DNA of 64,000 nucleotides from Acetobacteraceae bacterium (GTDB lineage Bacteria > Pseudomonadota > Alphaproteobacteria > Acetobacterales > Acetobacteraceae): the NCBI GenBank assembly GCA_965198755.1, contig OZ240673.1:3145044-3209043 (forward strand). The letters run 5' to 3'. Positions within the stretch are counted from its first letter, which is position 1, and each line of letters starts with the position of its first letter. The notes under the pieces are model-generated. The model made no database searches, was not told the DNA's origin, and was given only the letters and a program-made list of their open reading frames with translations. Positions 28,323-38,225 of the stretch are shown here, piece by piece. The position numbers and the translations under genes were made by a program.

Positions 28323-29071
28323 CGCGCACGGCGCTGTTCCTCTCGCCGCACCTGGACGACGTAGTGTTTTCCTGCGGCGGCCTGGCCGCGGTGCTGCACG
28401 ACCGCGGCTGGCGCACGGTGCTGGCGACCGCGTTCACCGCGACCGTGACGCCCGTCACCGGCTTCGCGCTCGCCTGCCAGCTCGACAAGGGGTTGCCCGC
28501 GGAGACCGATTACATGGCCCTGCGCCGCGCCGAAGACCACGCGGCCGCGGCCATCCTTGGGTTCACCGACGTGCGCCACCTCGGCCTGCCCGAAGCACCG
28601 CATCGTGGTTACGACAGCGCGCGCGCCCTGTTCGGCGGCGTCCGCGACGACGACATCATCGTGCAGGCGCTCGCGGCACACCTGACGGCGCTGCAAAGCG
28701 AATTCGCGCCGAACCTTGTGCTGGCTCCACAGGGTTTGGGCAGCCACGTCGACCACCGGCAGGTGGTGCGCGCAATCACCGAAACGGTGGACGCGCCGCT
28801 CGCCTGGTACCGCGACACGCCTTACGCGATGCGCCACCAGGACGCGCCGCCGCCGCACGTGGCTCGGCTTGCGGAGATGCGGTTTCCGGTCGGCAGCGCG
28901 TTGGACCGCAAGCTGCGTGCCGCCTGCGCCTACGTCAGCCAAGTCGGTTTCCAGTTCGGCGGGCCCGAACAGACACAAACCGCATTGCGCGCGTTCGCTG
29001 CCGCTGAAGCCGGAGGTGGCGGGTTTGCAGAACGACTGGCCGTGTCGGTCGGGGCGGACGGTTCACTTTGA
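28319..29071 (+). CDS. PIG-L family deacetylase
   Basis: SPHLDDVVFSCGG, RRAED, SHVDH; GTGA overlap with GT4. Confidence 0.92.
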   Translation: MTRTALFLSPHLDDVVFSCGGLAAVLHDRGWRTVLATAFTATVTPVTGFALACQLDKGLPAETDYMALRRAEDHAAAAILGFTDVRHLGLPEAPHRGYDSARALFGGVRDDDIIVQALAAHLTALQSEFAPNLVLAPQGLGSHVDHRQVVRAITETVDAPLAWYRDTPYAMRHQDAPPPHVARLAEMRFPVGSALDRKLRAACAYVSQVGFQFGGPEQTQTALRAFAAAEAGGGGFAERLAVSVGADGSL

Positions 29072-29108
29072 GCCGGTTGGTTGGTTTGACTGTTTGTGTT
29101 GATCGGGG

Positions 29109-29156
29109 AGCAAGGTAAGCAGTTCTTTTTTGAAAAAAAGAACCAAAAAACTTTTG
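29109..29156 (-). repeat. Palindromic element half copy E14a (GAACC arm)
   Basis: gcaaggtaagcagttcttttttgaaaaaaagaaccaaaaaacttttg. Confidence 0.85.
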
Positions 29157-29308
29157 CTCCCGTACAGTGCGTGCTGATGGAAAGGTGTCGTTTAATCAGT
29201 GGCGGCGCGCACGTGCGCATTTGGCGCGCACGCAGATCTCTAATGCTTTGCAGCATGGTGTAGCAGCGGCGCAGGTCTGACCTTGCAAGTGCAGCAAACG
29301 CAATGCCT

Positions 29309-29415
29309 GCATAAAAACGTCTGTCCCTGCTGTCGCGCTAGCTCCAACAACGCGCACCTGAGGGAACAAAAGTTTTTTGGTTCTTTTTCTCAAAAAAGAA
29401 CCGCTTGCCTTGCTT
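29309..29415 (+). repeat. Palindromic element E14b (left arm eroded)
   Basis: CTGTCGCG + intact GAACC arm. Confidence 0.85.
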
Positions 29416-29445
29416 GTCACCGGTCGCGATCTCGCCCCACTGACG

Positions 29446-29832
29446 TCAGGCGACGACACGCGCCAGCATTGGCCCCAGCGGCCCCCCGCCGAAGATATGG
29501 ACGTGGAAGTGCGGCACCTCCTGATGTGCATCGTGTCCCATGTTGGCCAGGATGCGGTAGCCTGGGTCTTCAAGCCCCAGGTCGCGCGCGACCGCAGCGA
29601 CCGCGCGGAAGAAGCCCGCAACCGTTTCAGGCGGCGCATGCGCGGCGAAGTCCGCCAGCGACACGTGCCGTGTCTTCGGGATCACCAGCACGTGCACCGG
29701 CGCCTGCGGGTTGATGTCGTGGAACGCGAGCGCGTGCTCGTCCTCATACACACGCCGGCTCGGGATTTCGCCGCGCAGGATGCGCGCGAAGATGTTGGAG
29801 TCGTCGTAAGGACCTAGACCCGGGACAGGCAT
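29446..29832 (-). CDS. hinT: Histidine triad (HIT) nucleotide-binding protein
   Basis: NIFARILRGEIP, DINPQAPVHVLVIPK, QEVPHFHVHIFGG. Confidence 0.95.
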   Translation of the reverse strand: MPVPGLGPYDDSNIFARILRGEIPSRRVYEDEHALAFHDINPQAPVHVLVIPKTRHVSLADFAAHAPPETVAGFFRAVAAVARDLGLEDPGYRILANMGHDAHQEVPHFHVHIFGGGPLGPMLARVVA

Positions 29833-29923
29833 TGCTCAGCTCCTACAGGGACCATTACAAATCTTCTTTTGCACGCTTGGGCCTTAGAGTGCGGGCCGGC
29901 TTTGACTCGCTTTCGGACAAGAG

Positions 29924-30075
29924 AAAGCAAGGCAAGCAGTTCTTTTTGAAAAAAAGAACCAAAAAACTTTTGTTCCCTTGGGGCGCGCGTTGGTGAGACG
30001 TGTCGTTTCAGCCGCCCGCGACAACCGGGACAAAAGCTTTTTGCTTCTTTTTCTCGAAAAAGAAGGCCTTGCTTC
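29924..30075 (-). repeat. Palindromic element E15
   Basis: Full copy, CGTGTCGTTTCAGCC spacer. Confidence 0.95.
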
Positions 30076-30110
30076 TACTCGCTAAAAAACAACCAAGCAT
30101 GCCCAGGCTC

Positions 30111-30692
30111 TCACCTGCACGCGCTCAACGGCCACACGTCCACTGCAAGCCAGTGCAACCGTGACTCTGCCTCCAACCGCGTTCCGTGCAGCGCGAACAC
30201 CACCACGCAGCCCACCAGCAGAACCCACGGCGACGCCGGCCGCGCCTGCCTTACTCCCGCCAGGCGTCGCATCAGCACCGCGCCGGCCACGCCGACGACG
30301 GCGCCGATCAGCACGTCGCCCACCGTGTGCACGTGGAGCATCAGCCGCGTCAGCCCCACCACCGCCGCGAACGCCCCGCCCAGGCAGGCCGCCACCAGCG
30401 TGCCGGCGGTCGAGCGCGTTGCCAGCAGCGCGAGCAGCCCGCCGTACACCACGGCGGCCGTGGCCGTGTGGCCGCTTGGGCTGACCACGCCCGTCCAGGC
30501 CAGCTGCGACGCGCAGGCAAAGGCCACCAGCTTCAGCACCAGCATGACGCCCAGCACGCCGGCGACGGCAGCCCCCCAGGCCAGCGCGCCGCGTCGCCAG
30601 CCCAGCCCGGCCAGCACCAGCAGCACGTAGGCGGCCAACGGCAGGACCACCGCTTGGTCGGCAAAATCCGTCAGGAACTGCACCTGCTTCAC
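30111..30692 (-). CDS. PAP2 family membrane phosphatase
   Basis: SPSGH, TRLMLHVHTVGDV. Confidence 0.85.
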   Translation of the reverse strand: MKQVQFLTDFADQAVVLPLAAYVLLVLAGLGWRRGALAWGAAVAGVLGVMLVLKLVAFACASQLAWTGVVSPSGHTATAAVVYGGLLALLATRSTAGTLVAACLGGAFAAVVGLTRLMLHVHTVGDVLIGAVVGVAGAVLMRRLAGVRQARPASPWVLLVGCVVVFALHGTRLEAESRLHWLAVDVWPLSACR

Positions 30693-30769
30693 AGCGCGGC
30701 AGGTTGCCGGTAACCGCCCGATCCCCCAGGGTGCGGCCGGTTAACGCCTACGCGCAGTGGAGACCACCT

Positions 30770-32419
30770 GTGAGCGCCCCCGCGGAACCCGGCTTCGGTT
30801 ATGACTACCCCCTGATCATCAAGAACCTGCTGGTGACACCGCTTCGGCAGTGTCCCAACCAGGAGATCGTCTACCGCGACCTGCGCCGCTTCACCTACCG
30901 CCATTTTGGAGAGCGCCTGGCCCGCTTCGGCAGCGCGCTCGCACGGCTGGGCGTGCGCCACGGCGACGTGGTTGGCGTAATGGATTGGGACAGCCACCGC
31001 TACCTGGAGAGCTTCTTCGCCATCCCGATGTCGGGTGCCACGCTGCTGACGGTCAACGTGCGCCTGTCTGCCGAACAGATCCTCTACACGCTGAACCACG
31101 CGCAGGCGCGGGTGATCCTGTGCAACGCGGAGTTCTTCTCCGTGCTGCAGACGTTGCGGCCGTTGCTGACGCATGCGGAGATCTTCGTCTGCCTCAGCGA
31201 GGACGGTGTCCTCCCCGGCGCGCATGTGAACAGCGCATCCGCGCCAGACGCGCATGCGGACAGCTCGTTCGCCTGGGATGGCGAGTACGAGGCGCTGCTG
31301 GCAGCCGCCGACCCGGCGCACGAGTTCCCCGACTTCGACGAGCGCACCACGGCCACCACCTTCTACACCACCGGTACCACCGGCAACCCGAAGGGCGTCT
31401 ACTACTCGCACCGGCAGGTGGTGCTGCACACGCTGTCCGGCCTGGGCAACATGGAGTTCAGAGCGGACGACGTCTACATGCCGATCACCCCGATGTTCCA
31501 CGTGCACGGCTGGGGCAACCCATTCAACGCCACCGCGCGCGGGCTCAAGCAGGTCTACCCCGGGCGCTACCAGCCGGACACCCTGGTCGAGCTGTTCGTG
31601 CGCGAGGGCGTCACCTTTTCGCATTGCGTGCCGACCATCCTGCAGATGTTCCTCGACGCGGCCGAGGGCGTCGACCTGAGCAAATGGCGGGTGATCATCG
31701 GCGGCTCGCAGATGCCGCGCGCGCTCGCCCGCGCGGCGCTGGACCGCGGCGTGGACGTCTACTCCGGTTACGGCATGTCGGAGACCGGGCCGATCGTGAC
31801 GCTCGCCCGCGTCCCGCCGGAGCTGCGCGACGGCGGGCAGGGCGAGCTCACCTACCGCTGCCGCGCCGGCCGCCCGGTGCCGCTGTGCGATGTGCGCATC
31901 ATGGACCCCGAGATGCGTGAGCTGCCGCATGACGGCGTGTCGACCGGCGAAGTGGTGATGCGCTCGCCGTGGCTGACGCAAGGCTATCTCGGCAACGCGG
32001 AGGCGAGCCGCGCGCTGTGGCACGGCGGCTGGCTGCACACCGGCGACATCGGCTTCATCGACCCGCACGGCTTCCTGCAGATCACCGACCGAATCAAGGA
32101 CGTGGTGAAGACCGGTGGCGAGTGGGTCAGCAGCCTGCAGCTCGAGGACATCATCGCCGAGCACCCGAGCGTGGGCGAGGTCGCGGTGATCGGGGTTGCC
32201 GACGAACGCTGGGGCGAACGGCCGCTGGCGATCATCGTGCCGAAGCAAGGTGTCGCACCAGACGAAGCCGGCCTGCGCGCGCACGTGATGACGCGCGTGG
32301 AACAGGGCATCATTTCGAAGTTCGCCGTGCCGGACAGGATGGAGTTCGTGGACCACATCGCCAGGACCAGCGTCGGCAAGCTGGACAAGAAGGCATTGCG
32401 CGCGCAGTTCGGGCCATGA
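30770..32419 (+). CDS. Medium/long-chain fatty acyl-CoA ligase (AlkK/DmdB-like)
   Basis: YTTGTTGNPKG, GYGMSE, WLHTGD, DRIKDVVKTGGE; GTG 30770 with GGAG RBS. Confidence 0.93.
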   Translation: MSAPAEPGFGYDYPLIIKNLLVTPLRQCPNQEIVYRDLRRFTYRHFGERLARFGSALARLGVRHGDVVGVMDWDSHRYLESFFAIPMSGATLLTVNVRLSAEQILYTLNHAQARVILCNAEFFSVLQTLRPLLTHAEIFVCLSEDGVLPGAHVNSASAPDAHADSSFAWDGEYEALLAAADPAHEFPDFDERTTATTFYTTGTTGNPKGVYYSHRQVVLHTLSGLGNMEFRADDVYMPITPMFHVHGWGNPFNATARGLKQVYPGRYQPDTLVELFVREGVTFSHCVPTILQMFLDAAEGVDLSKWRVIIGGSQMPRALARAALDRGVDVYSGYGMSETGPIVTLARVPPELRDGGQGELTYRCRAGRPVPLCDVRIMDPEMRELPHDGVSTGEVVMRSPWLTQGYLGNAEASRALWHGGWLHTGDIGFIDPHGFLQITDRIKDVVKTGGEWVSSLQLEDIIAEHPSVGEVAVIGVADERWGERPLAIIVPKQGVAPDEAGLRAHVMTRVEQGIISKFAVPDRMEFVDHIARTSVGKLDKKALRAQFGP

Positions 32420-33540
32420 ACGCGACACACTGGTTCCTGCACCACCTGCTGGACGCGGTCCTGATGTCGGCAAGCATGTTTTGGGACGTCGCCTGGAGCC
32501 TAGTGCTGGGTTTCGTCATCTCCGGCCTGCTGCAGGTGGTGGTCTCGCAAGAGCGGCTGCAGCGCGCGCTGGGCGGCAATGGGTTGCGGCAGGTGGCCCT
32601 TGCCACCGGCTTCGGCGCCGCGAGCTCGAGCTGCTCCTACGCGTCGGCCGCCATCAGCCGCACGCTGTTCAGCGGTGGCGCCGGGCTGGTGCCGTCGCTG
32701 GCGTTCCTGATGGCGTCTACCAACCTGGTGGTCGAGCTCGGCGTGGTGCTGTGGCTGCTGATGGGGTGGCAGTTCACCGCGGCCGAGTGGCTGGGCGGTC
32801 TGGTGCTGATCGGCATCATGTGGGCGCTGGTGCGGCTGACCTACCCGGCCGCCCTGGCCGAGCAGGCGCGGGCGCACGCCGCCGGCGCCGGCGGCCACGG
32901 CCATGCCGGCCCACCAGTGCCGGGCGACACGCTGTGGCAGAAGCTGCGGCAACCGCAAACGCCGGTGCGGGTGGCGCAAAGCGTGGTGATGGACGCGCGC
33001 ATGTTGTGGAAGGACCTGGCTATCGGCTTCGTGGTGGCCGGCGTGCTCGCCGCGTTCGTGCCGCCGGAGGTTTGGTCGCACCTGTTCCTGCACCACAGCG
33101 CGCCCTGGGTGCGAGTGCTGGGCAACGCGGTGATCGGGCCGCTGCTGGCCATCGTCACCTTCGTCTGCTCGATCGGCAACGTGCCAATGGCGGCCATCCT
33201 GTGGGCCGGCGGCGCAGGCTTCGGCGGCGTGCTGTCGTTCCTCTACGCGGACCTGATCGTGCTGCCGTTGCTCGACGTCTACCGCCGCTACTACGGCTGG
33301 CGGTTCGCCGCCTACATCTTCTGCGTGTTCTTCGTCGCCATGGCGGCCAGCGGCGTGGTGATGGACCTGGTGTTCCACGCGGCGGGGCTGGTGCCGCACG
33401 CGCGGCCGGACATCCGGGCGCATGTCGAGCATTTCTCGTTGAACTATACGTTCTGGCTGAACGTGGTGTTCGGGGCGCTGGCTGTGTGGTTGTGGCGGAA
33501 GGCTCGCGTCGGCGAGATGGCGCAGCGTTGTTGCCATTGA
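32416..33540 (+). CDS. Putative permease (DUF318/ArsP-like) with Cys/His motifs
   Basis: SSSCSYAS, FVCSIGNVP, GGHGH loop, ends RCCH; ATGA overlap. Confidence 0.8.
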   Translation: MNATHWFLHHLLDAVLMSASMFWDVAWSLVLGFVISGLLQVVVSQERLQRALGGNGLRQVALATGFGAASSSCSYASAAISRTLFSGGAGLVPSLAFLMASTNLVVELGVVLWLLMGWQFTAAEWLGGLVLIGIMWALVRLTYPAALAEQARAHAAGAGGHGHAGPPVPGDTLWQKLRQPQTPVRVAQSVVMDARMLWKDLAIGFVVAGVLAAFVPPEVWSHLFLHHSAPWVRVLGNAVIGPLLAIVTFVCSIGNVPMAAILWAGGAGFGGVLSFLYADLIVLPLLDVYRRYYGWRFAAYIFCVFFVAMAASGVVMDLVFHAAGLVPHARPDIRAHVEHFSLNYTFWLNVVFGALAVWLWRKARVGEMAQRCCH

Positions 33541-33560
33541 GACCAGACGTAGGCGCAAAG

Positions 33561-33680
33561 TAAGCAAGGCCTTCTTTTTTGAAAAAAAGAAGCAAAAAAC
33601 TTTTGGTCCGGCTGTCGCGGAGTTTTCTGCAGCCCGCGTGCAGATTGCTACGGTCTTTTCAAAACCTGTTTGCCTGCCTT
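33561..33680 (+). repeat. Palindromic element E16 (right arm eroded)
   Basis: GAAGC arm + CTGTCGCGGAG. Confidence 0.85.
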
Positions 33681-33762
33681 CATCAGTCAGGATCTCGGGG
33701 CTTGTACATTGTTGTACCAACAGCCCGAAACACTGACTCCTGCGATGGCCGACGGCGCGACG

Positions 33763-33894
33763 GCAAGGCCTTCTTTCGAGAAAAGGAAGCAAAGAGCTTT
33801 TGTCACTGCTGTCGCGGACTCTCCGACAGCGTACGCCCAAGGAGCAAAAGTTTTTTGGTTCTTTTTTTCAAAAAAGAACTGCTTGCCTTGCTTG
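33763..33894 (+). repeat. Palindromic element E17
   Basis: Full copy. Confidence 0.92.
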
Positions 33895-33960
33895 CACCGG
33901 TCAACGTCTCGGGCGGCTAGTATTAGTACGCGCATTCGTTCTGCGATAGCATGCCACGCG

Positions 33961-34058
33961 CCCTGTCGCGGTCGCATTAAGCAACACGCTTCAACAACGC
34001 GCACCAACGAGAGCACAGGTTTTTTGGTTCTTTTTCTTCAAAAAAGAACCGTTTGCCT
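33961..34058 (+). repeat. Palindromic element E18 (left arm lost)
   Basis: CTGTCGCG at 33963; GAACC arm abuts the stop of the TPR gene. Confidence 0.8.
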
Positions 34059-35438
34059 TCACGCCCGCTGCCGCAGCGCCACGCTCACCTGCTCCAGCAC
34101 CGGCGCCCACTCCGTCGGCTTAGACTGCCGGAACAGGCGCAGGCTCGGATACCAAGGGTTGTCCGCACGATCGAGCAGCCAGCGCCAATCGGCGGGCTCC
34201 GGCACCAGCACCCAGGCCTCTCGGCCGAGTGCTCCGGCCAGGTGCACGACAGCGGTGTCCACCGCGATGACGAGGTCCAGGTTTTCCATGGCAGCGCCGG
34301 TCTCCGCAAAATCGGTGAGTTCCTGCGAGAGGTCGGTGAAGTGCGGCTGGGAGGCGGCGAACGCGCGGTCCTCGTCCGGGAATGGCTTCTGCAGGCCGAA
34401 GAAGTCCACCCCTGGCACCGCGAGGATCGGTGCGAGCGTCGACATACGGGTGGAGCGGCGCAAGTTGTTGGGGTGCGTCGGGCGGCCGGACCAGGCCAGG
34501 CCCACGCGCAGGCGGCGTTGCGGCTGGAGCTGCTCCAGGCGTTGCCGCCAATGGACCACGCGGTTGGGGTTGACGGTGACGTAGGGAATGGACGCCGGGA
34601 TGCTGGAGAGCTCGGTGCCGAAGATCTGCGGCAGGCTGGAGAGCAGCACGTAGGCGTCGTGCGGCGGGGCGTCGGCCCAGCGGTCAAAACAGAGATCGAC
34701 GTCCGGGTGGTGGCCGAGCAGGGCGGTCACCTCCGGGCCCCAGCCGATGGCGAGTTTAGGCACACGCTGTTTCACCCAGGGGATGTATCGGGCGAACTGG
34801 ATCATGTCGCCGAAGCCCTGGTCGGCCACCAGCACCAGCGTGCCGCCCGGCAGGTGCATGCCGTTCCACTGCGCCGCGGTCATCTTGGGCAGGGTGCCGC
34901 GCGCCTGGTCCAGCTTGTTGCGCCAGGCGTATTCCAGCCAGCCGGGCTGGTATTCGCCGGTGGACAGGAGCAGCTCGCCCAATCCCATGTGGGCCGGCGC
35001 ACTTTCCGGCTCGCGCGCCATTGCCTCGCGGTAGCGCAGCGAGGCGAGGTCGCGTTCGCCGCGGGTCAGGTGGGTCAGTGCCAGCTCCACCCGGTGGGCG
35101 GCGGTGTCCGGGCTGGTGCGCACCGCTTCCAGGCCGGAGGCGAGCGCCTCGTCGAGCATGTTCTTGCCGCGGTAGAGGGCGCACAGGTTGAGGTGCCAGT
35201 TGCCGACGTTGGGCTGCTTGGCGAGCGCGGATTTCAGGTGCTCGATCGCCTCATCGGCACGACCTTCCTGGCCAAGGATGCCGCCGAGCAGGCCCAGCGC
35301 GCCGGGCAGGTCGGGCTGGGCGGCCAACAGGTCGCGGCAGATGCCGATGGCCTCGTTGATTCGGCGCAGCTTGGCGGCCTGGAGTGCGCGGGTCAGCGCC
35401 TGGTCGGGCGTCTCCTTCTGCGCCGTACTGTCTGACAT
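34059..35438 (-). CDS. TPR-repeat protein with C-terminal GT9-like glycosyltransferase domain
   Basis: N-terminal TPR helices; DQGFGDMIQFARY, VGLAWSG, LDLVIAVDTAVVHLAGALG. Confidence 0.88.
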   Translation of the reverse strand: MSDSTAQKETPDQALTRALQAAKLRRINEAIGICRDLLAAQPDLPGALGLLGGILGQEGRADEAIEHLKSALAKQPNVGNWHLNLCALYRGKNMLDEALASGLEAVRTSPDTAAHRVELALTHLTRGERDLASLRYREAMAREPESAPAHMGLGELLLSTGEYQPGWLEYAWRNKLDQARGTLPKMTAAQWNGMHLPGGTLVLVADQGFGDMIQFARYIPWVKQRVPKLAIGWGPEVTALLGHHPDVDLCFDRWADAPPHDAYVLLSSLPQIFGTELSSIPASIPYVTVNPNRVVHWRQRLEQLQPQRRLRVGLAWSGRPTHPNNLRRSTRMSTLAPILAVPGVDFFGLQKPFPDEDRAFAASQPHFTDLSQELTDFAETGAAMENLDLVIAVDTAVVHLAGALGREAWVLVPEPADWRWLLDRADNPWYPSLRLFRQSKPTEWAPVLEQVSVALRQRA

Positions 35439-35521
35439 GGGCTGGGCTGGTCCTTGTTGGCGACGCGAACCGTTCTAGCCAGGAGCTATGCGAAACGAAA
35501 GTGGCTCGGCGGAACCACAGC

Positions 35522-35563
35522 GAAGCAAGCGCTTCTTCTCGAAGAAGGAAGCTCAAACTTTTG
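35522..35563 (+). repeat. Palindromic element half copy E19 (eroded)
   Basis: gaagcaagcgcttcttctcgaagaaggaagctcaaacttttg. Confidence 0.7.
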
Positions 35564-35589
35564 ATCCCTCGGTGGCGTCGTTGACGCAT

Positions 35590-36325
35590 GCGATTTTGTA
35601 TTTGTTGCTGTTTGTGGCTGCGCTGTTTGCCGGGGCGCAGAACGCACAAGCCGGCAGCGGGTCGTTCATTACGTTCCGGCACTACTGCTGGCCGGCTTGG
35701 GCGCGCGCGCGGCCAACATCACCTCGTCGGTTTGCGCTGTTTCCGGGGCAGTTGACGGCGCAGCCTTGTTCGCCGGACCGAAGAAGCGAGCGTGCGCTCC
35801 CTCGTGCTGACCAGCCTGATAGGCAGCGACCTCGGCGCGCTGCTGCTTCTGCTTCTGCTGCTGCTGCTGCTGGCGACGCCGGACAGCTTCTTTCAGCCGG
35901 TGCCGTTCCTCGTGTTGTTGCGCCAGGAGTGTGCGCCCAGAGAAACGTTTTGCGGCGGAATAGCGCGGGTGCCGCGCATCGATCGCCCCGGGGCGCCGCG
36001 TTTGCCCAGTTCGGCATTGCGATCTATGGCGGATTTGGCGGCTGGATCGGGATGCTGATGCTCGCTGCGTTGACGCTGGCCGGGTGGCCGGCAGCCCCGG
36101 CTGCGGCGACGAAGGAACGTGCTTGCCGGCGTGACGAACGCCTCTGCGGTGTTGATTTTTGCTTTCTTACGGGACGTGCGTTGGGCGGCCGACCTGGCCG
36201 TCATCCTCGGTGCGATCATCGGCGGACGGGCGGGCGCGTGGATGGTGTTGCGAGTGAGCGAAAGCTGCGCGCGGGGGATGTTGTGCTGGACGTGGCGTCA
36301 CGATCGGGCTGTTTGTCCAACAAGA
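35590..36325 (+). pseudogene. TauE/SafE sulfite exporter family pseudogene, several frameshifts
   Basis: Fragments in different frames: AGAQNAQAGSGSFITF, AANITSS, ALFPGQLT, LATPDSFF, QFGIAIYGG, NASAVLIFA, GAIIGG. Confidence 0.75.
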
Positions 36326-36680
36326 GCTTCTTCTTTGGAGAAGAAAGCGGTGCAGGTCCCGGCGCGGCCGCCTTCTTCGCTGCGACCCGACGACGGCTGC
36401 ATTCTCCGGCTTTCTTCGATGTCGGCTTTTCGTTCGGCCGTTCGGCCTGCTCAAGGCTTGCGCAGCGACCGCCGCAGGCGGCTCGGCCTTGAACAGGCTG
36501 GACGGCCGAGCGACGATCGCGAGTCGAAGGGAGCTTCCACGTGGGTCAAGACGCGCCCAACGTGGGCTCGGATCCGCCGCTCAAAACATTTGTGTGCTTG
36601 CTCTTGCAAACCCATCCGGAGACGGATGCCAAAAAGACCGAAGCTATGTTAGTTCTTGCTCCAGATACCAACCATTTGCC

Positions 36681-37652
36681 TCACGGCACCAGCACAGTGC
36701 TCCCTGTGGTCTGCCGCGCCTCCAGCGCCGCGTGGGCGGCAGCTGCGTCGTTTAACGGGAACGTCTGGCTCGCGCCGGCCTTTACCGCGCCGCTGGCGAT
36801 CACGGCGAACAGGTCGGCCGCCATGCGCTCGAGGTCTGAGCGTTTGGCGGTGTAGGTCGCCAAGCTCGGCCGGGTGATGAAAAGGCTGCCCTTTGCCGCC
36901 AGCATGCTGGGCTCGATCGGCGGCACCGAGCCGGACGAGGACCCGAAAGTGACCATCAGCCCGAGCGGCGCCAGACAATCCATGCTCGCCTGAAAGCTAT
37001 CCTTGCCGACGCTGTCGTAGACGACGGGGACCATGGCGCCGCCGGTCAGCCGCTTGACCTCGGCTGCCAGAGACTGGTGACCGACGACCACATGCGCGGC
37101 GCCATGCCGGGCGGCGAGTTCGGCCTTGGCTTCGGTGGAGACCACGCCGATGACGGTAGCACCGATGTGCTTCGCCCATTGGCAGAGCAGCAAGCCCACG
37201 CCGCCTGCTGCCGCATGCACGACGATCGTCTCGCCTCTCTGCAGGTGATGCGTCCGGTGCAGGAGATACTGTGCCGTGAGGCCCTGCAGCATCACCGAAG
37301 CTGCGGTGTTGAAGTCGATGCTGTCCGGCAAACAGATCAGGCGGTCGGCCTGGATAACGCGGTTAGTGGCGTAGGCGCCGAGCGGCCCGGCGTAGGCAAC
37401 GCGGTCGCCGACCGCGATGCTGTCCACACCGGAGCCGATCGCGGTGACGACGCCAGCACCTTCCTGGCCGATGACGGCGGGAAAACCGGGTACCTTGTAG
37501 TGGCCGGTGCGGAAGTAGACGTCGATGTAGTTGAGACCGATCGCGTGCTGCTGCACCAGCGCCTCGCCCGGGCCGGGATCCGGCAGGGGCACGTCATCCC
37601 AGCGAAGCACGTCCGGCCCGCCATAGCTGTGGATGCGGATTGCTTTGCTCAT
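36681..37652 (-). CDS. qor: NADPH:quinone oxidoreductase
   Basis: GLNYIDVYFRTG, HAAAGGVG, YDSVGKD, TTGSTVL. Confidence 0.95.
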   Translation of the reverse strand: MSKAIRIHSYGGPDVLRWDDVPLPDPGPGEALVQQHAIGLNYIDVYFRTGHYKVPGFPAVIGQEGAGVVTAIGSGVDSIAVGDRVAYAGPLGAYATNRVIQADRLICLPDSIDFNTAASVMLQGLTAQYLLHRTHHLQRGETIVVHAAAGGVGLLLCQWAKHIGATVIGVVSTEAKAELAARHGAAHVVVGHQSLAAEVKRLTGGAMVPVVYDSVGKDSFQASMDCLAPLGLMVTFGSSSGSVPPIEPSMLAAKGSLFITRPSLATYTAKRSDLERMAADLFAVIASGAVKAGASQTFPLNDAAAAHAALEARQTTGSTVLVP

Positions 37653-38122
37653 TGGACCTCCAGGTGCGCAGCCAACGGCAGCGGACCTTGCTCAAGCGTC
37701 AGTAGCCACCGTTTAGTTTCGAAACCGTCACCGCCCGAGTAGCCGCCGAGGCCGGTCTTGCCAACGACGCGGTGGCACGGGATGATGATGGGGATCGGGT
37801 TGGCAGCGTTGGCGCTACCGACCGAGCGCGCCGAGCCGCCGGCGCGTGCCATTAGGCCGGTGTAGGACACCGTCTGGCCGTAAGGAATGTCTTGCAAGGC
37901 CTGCCACACGGCGCGGCGATAGGTGCTGCCACCTGGCGCCAGCGGAAGGTCGAAGCTGCGGCGCTCTCCGTCGAAGTAGGCTTGCAGCTGGTCCCGGCCG
38001 CGCATCAGGAGCGCCGTCGCTGCCTGGTCCCGGCCGAAGCCCCAATCGAGGGACACGATGGCGCCATCCTCCTCAGACAAGGTCAACGCGCCAAGCGGCG
38101 TGTGGAACGAGAGCTGCGGCAT
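37649..38122 (-). CDS. ogt: Methylated-DNA--protein-cysteine methyltransferase
   Basis: IPYGQTVSY, NPIPIIIPCHRV. Confidence 0.95.
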   Translation of the reverse strand: MPQLSFHTPLGALTLSEEDGAIVSLDWGFGRDQAATALLMRGRDQLQAYFDGERRSFDLPLAPGGSTYRRAVWQALQDIPYGQTVSYTGLMARAGGSARSVGSANAANPIPIIIPCHRVVGKTGLGGYSGGDGFETKRWLLTLEQGPLPLAAHLEVQ

Positions 38123-38225
38123 GGCGGATGACTACGCCCGGCAGGCGTGCCGCGCCAGGGGCTTTGACGCCTTGTGCCACTCCGGCGCGGCCACAACATC
38201 GAACCCTCCAAGCGGGAACCCTGCC

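Noticed and set aside
13615-29071. tRNA-Met as the attachment site of an island carrying the YcaO cluster
   Set aside because: No integrase and no duplicated tRNA 3' end seen; the cluster looks host-like and is full of host repeats.
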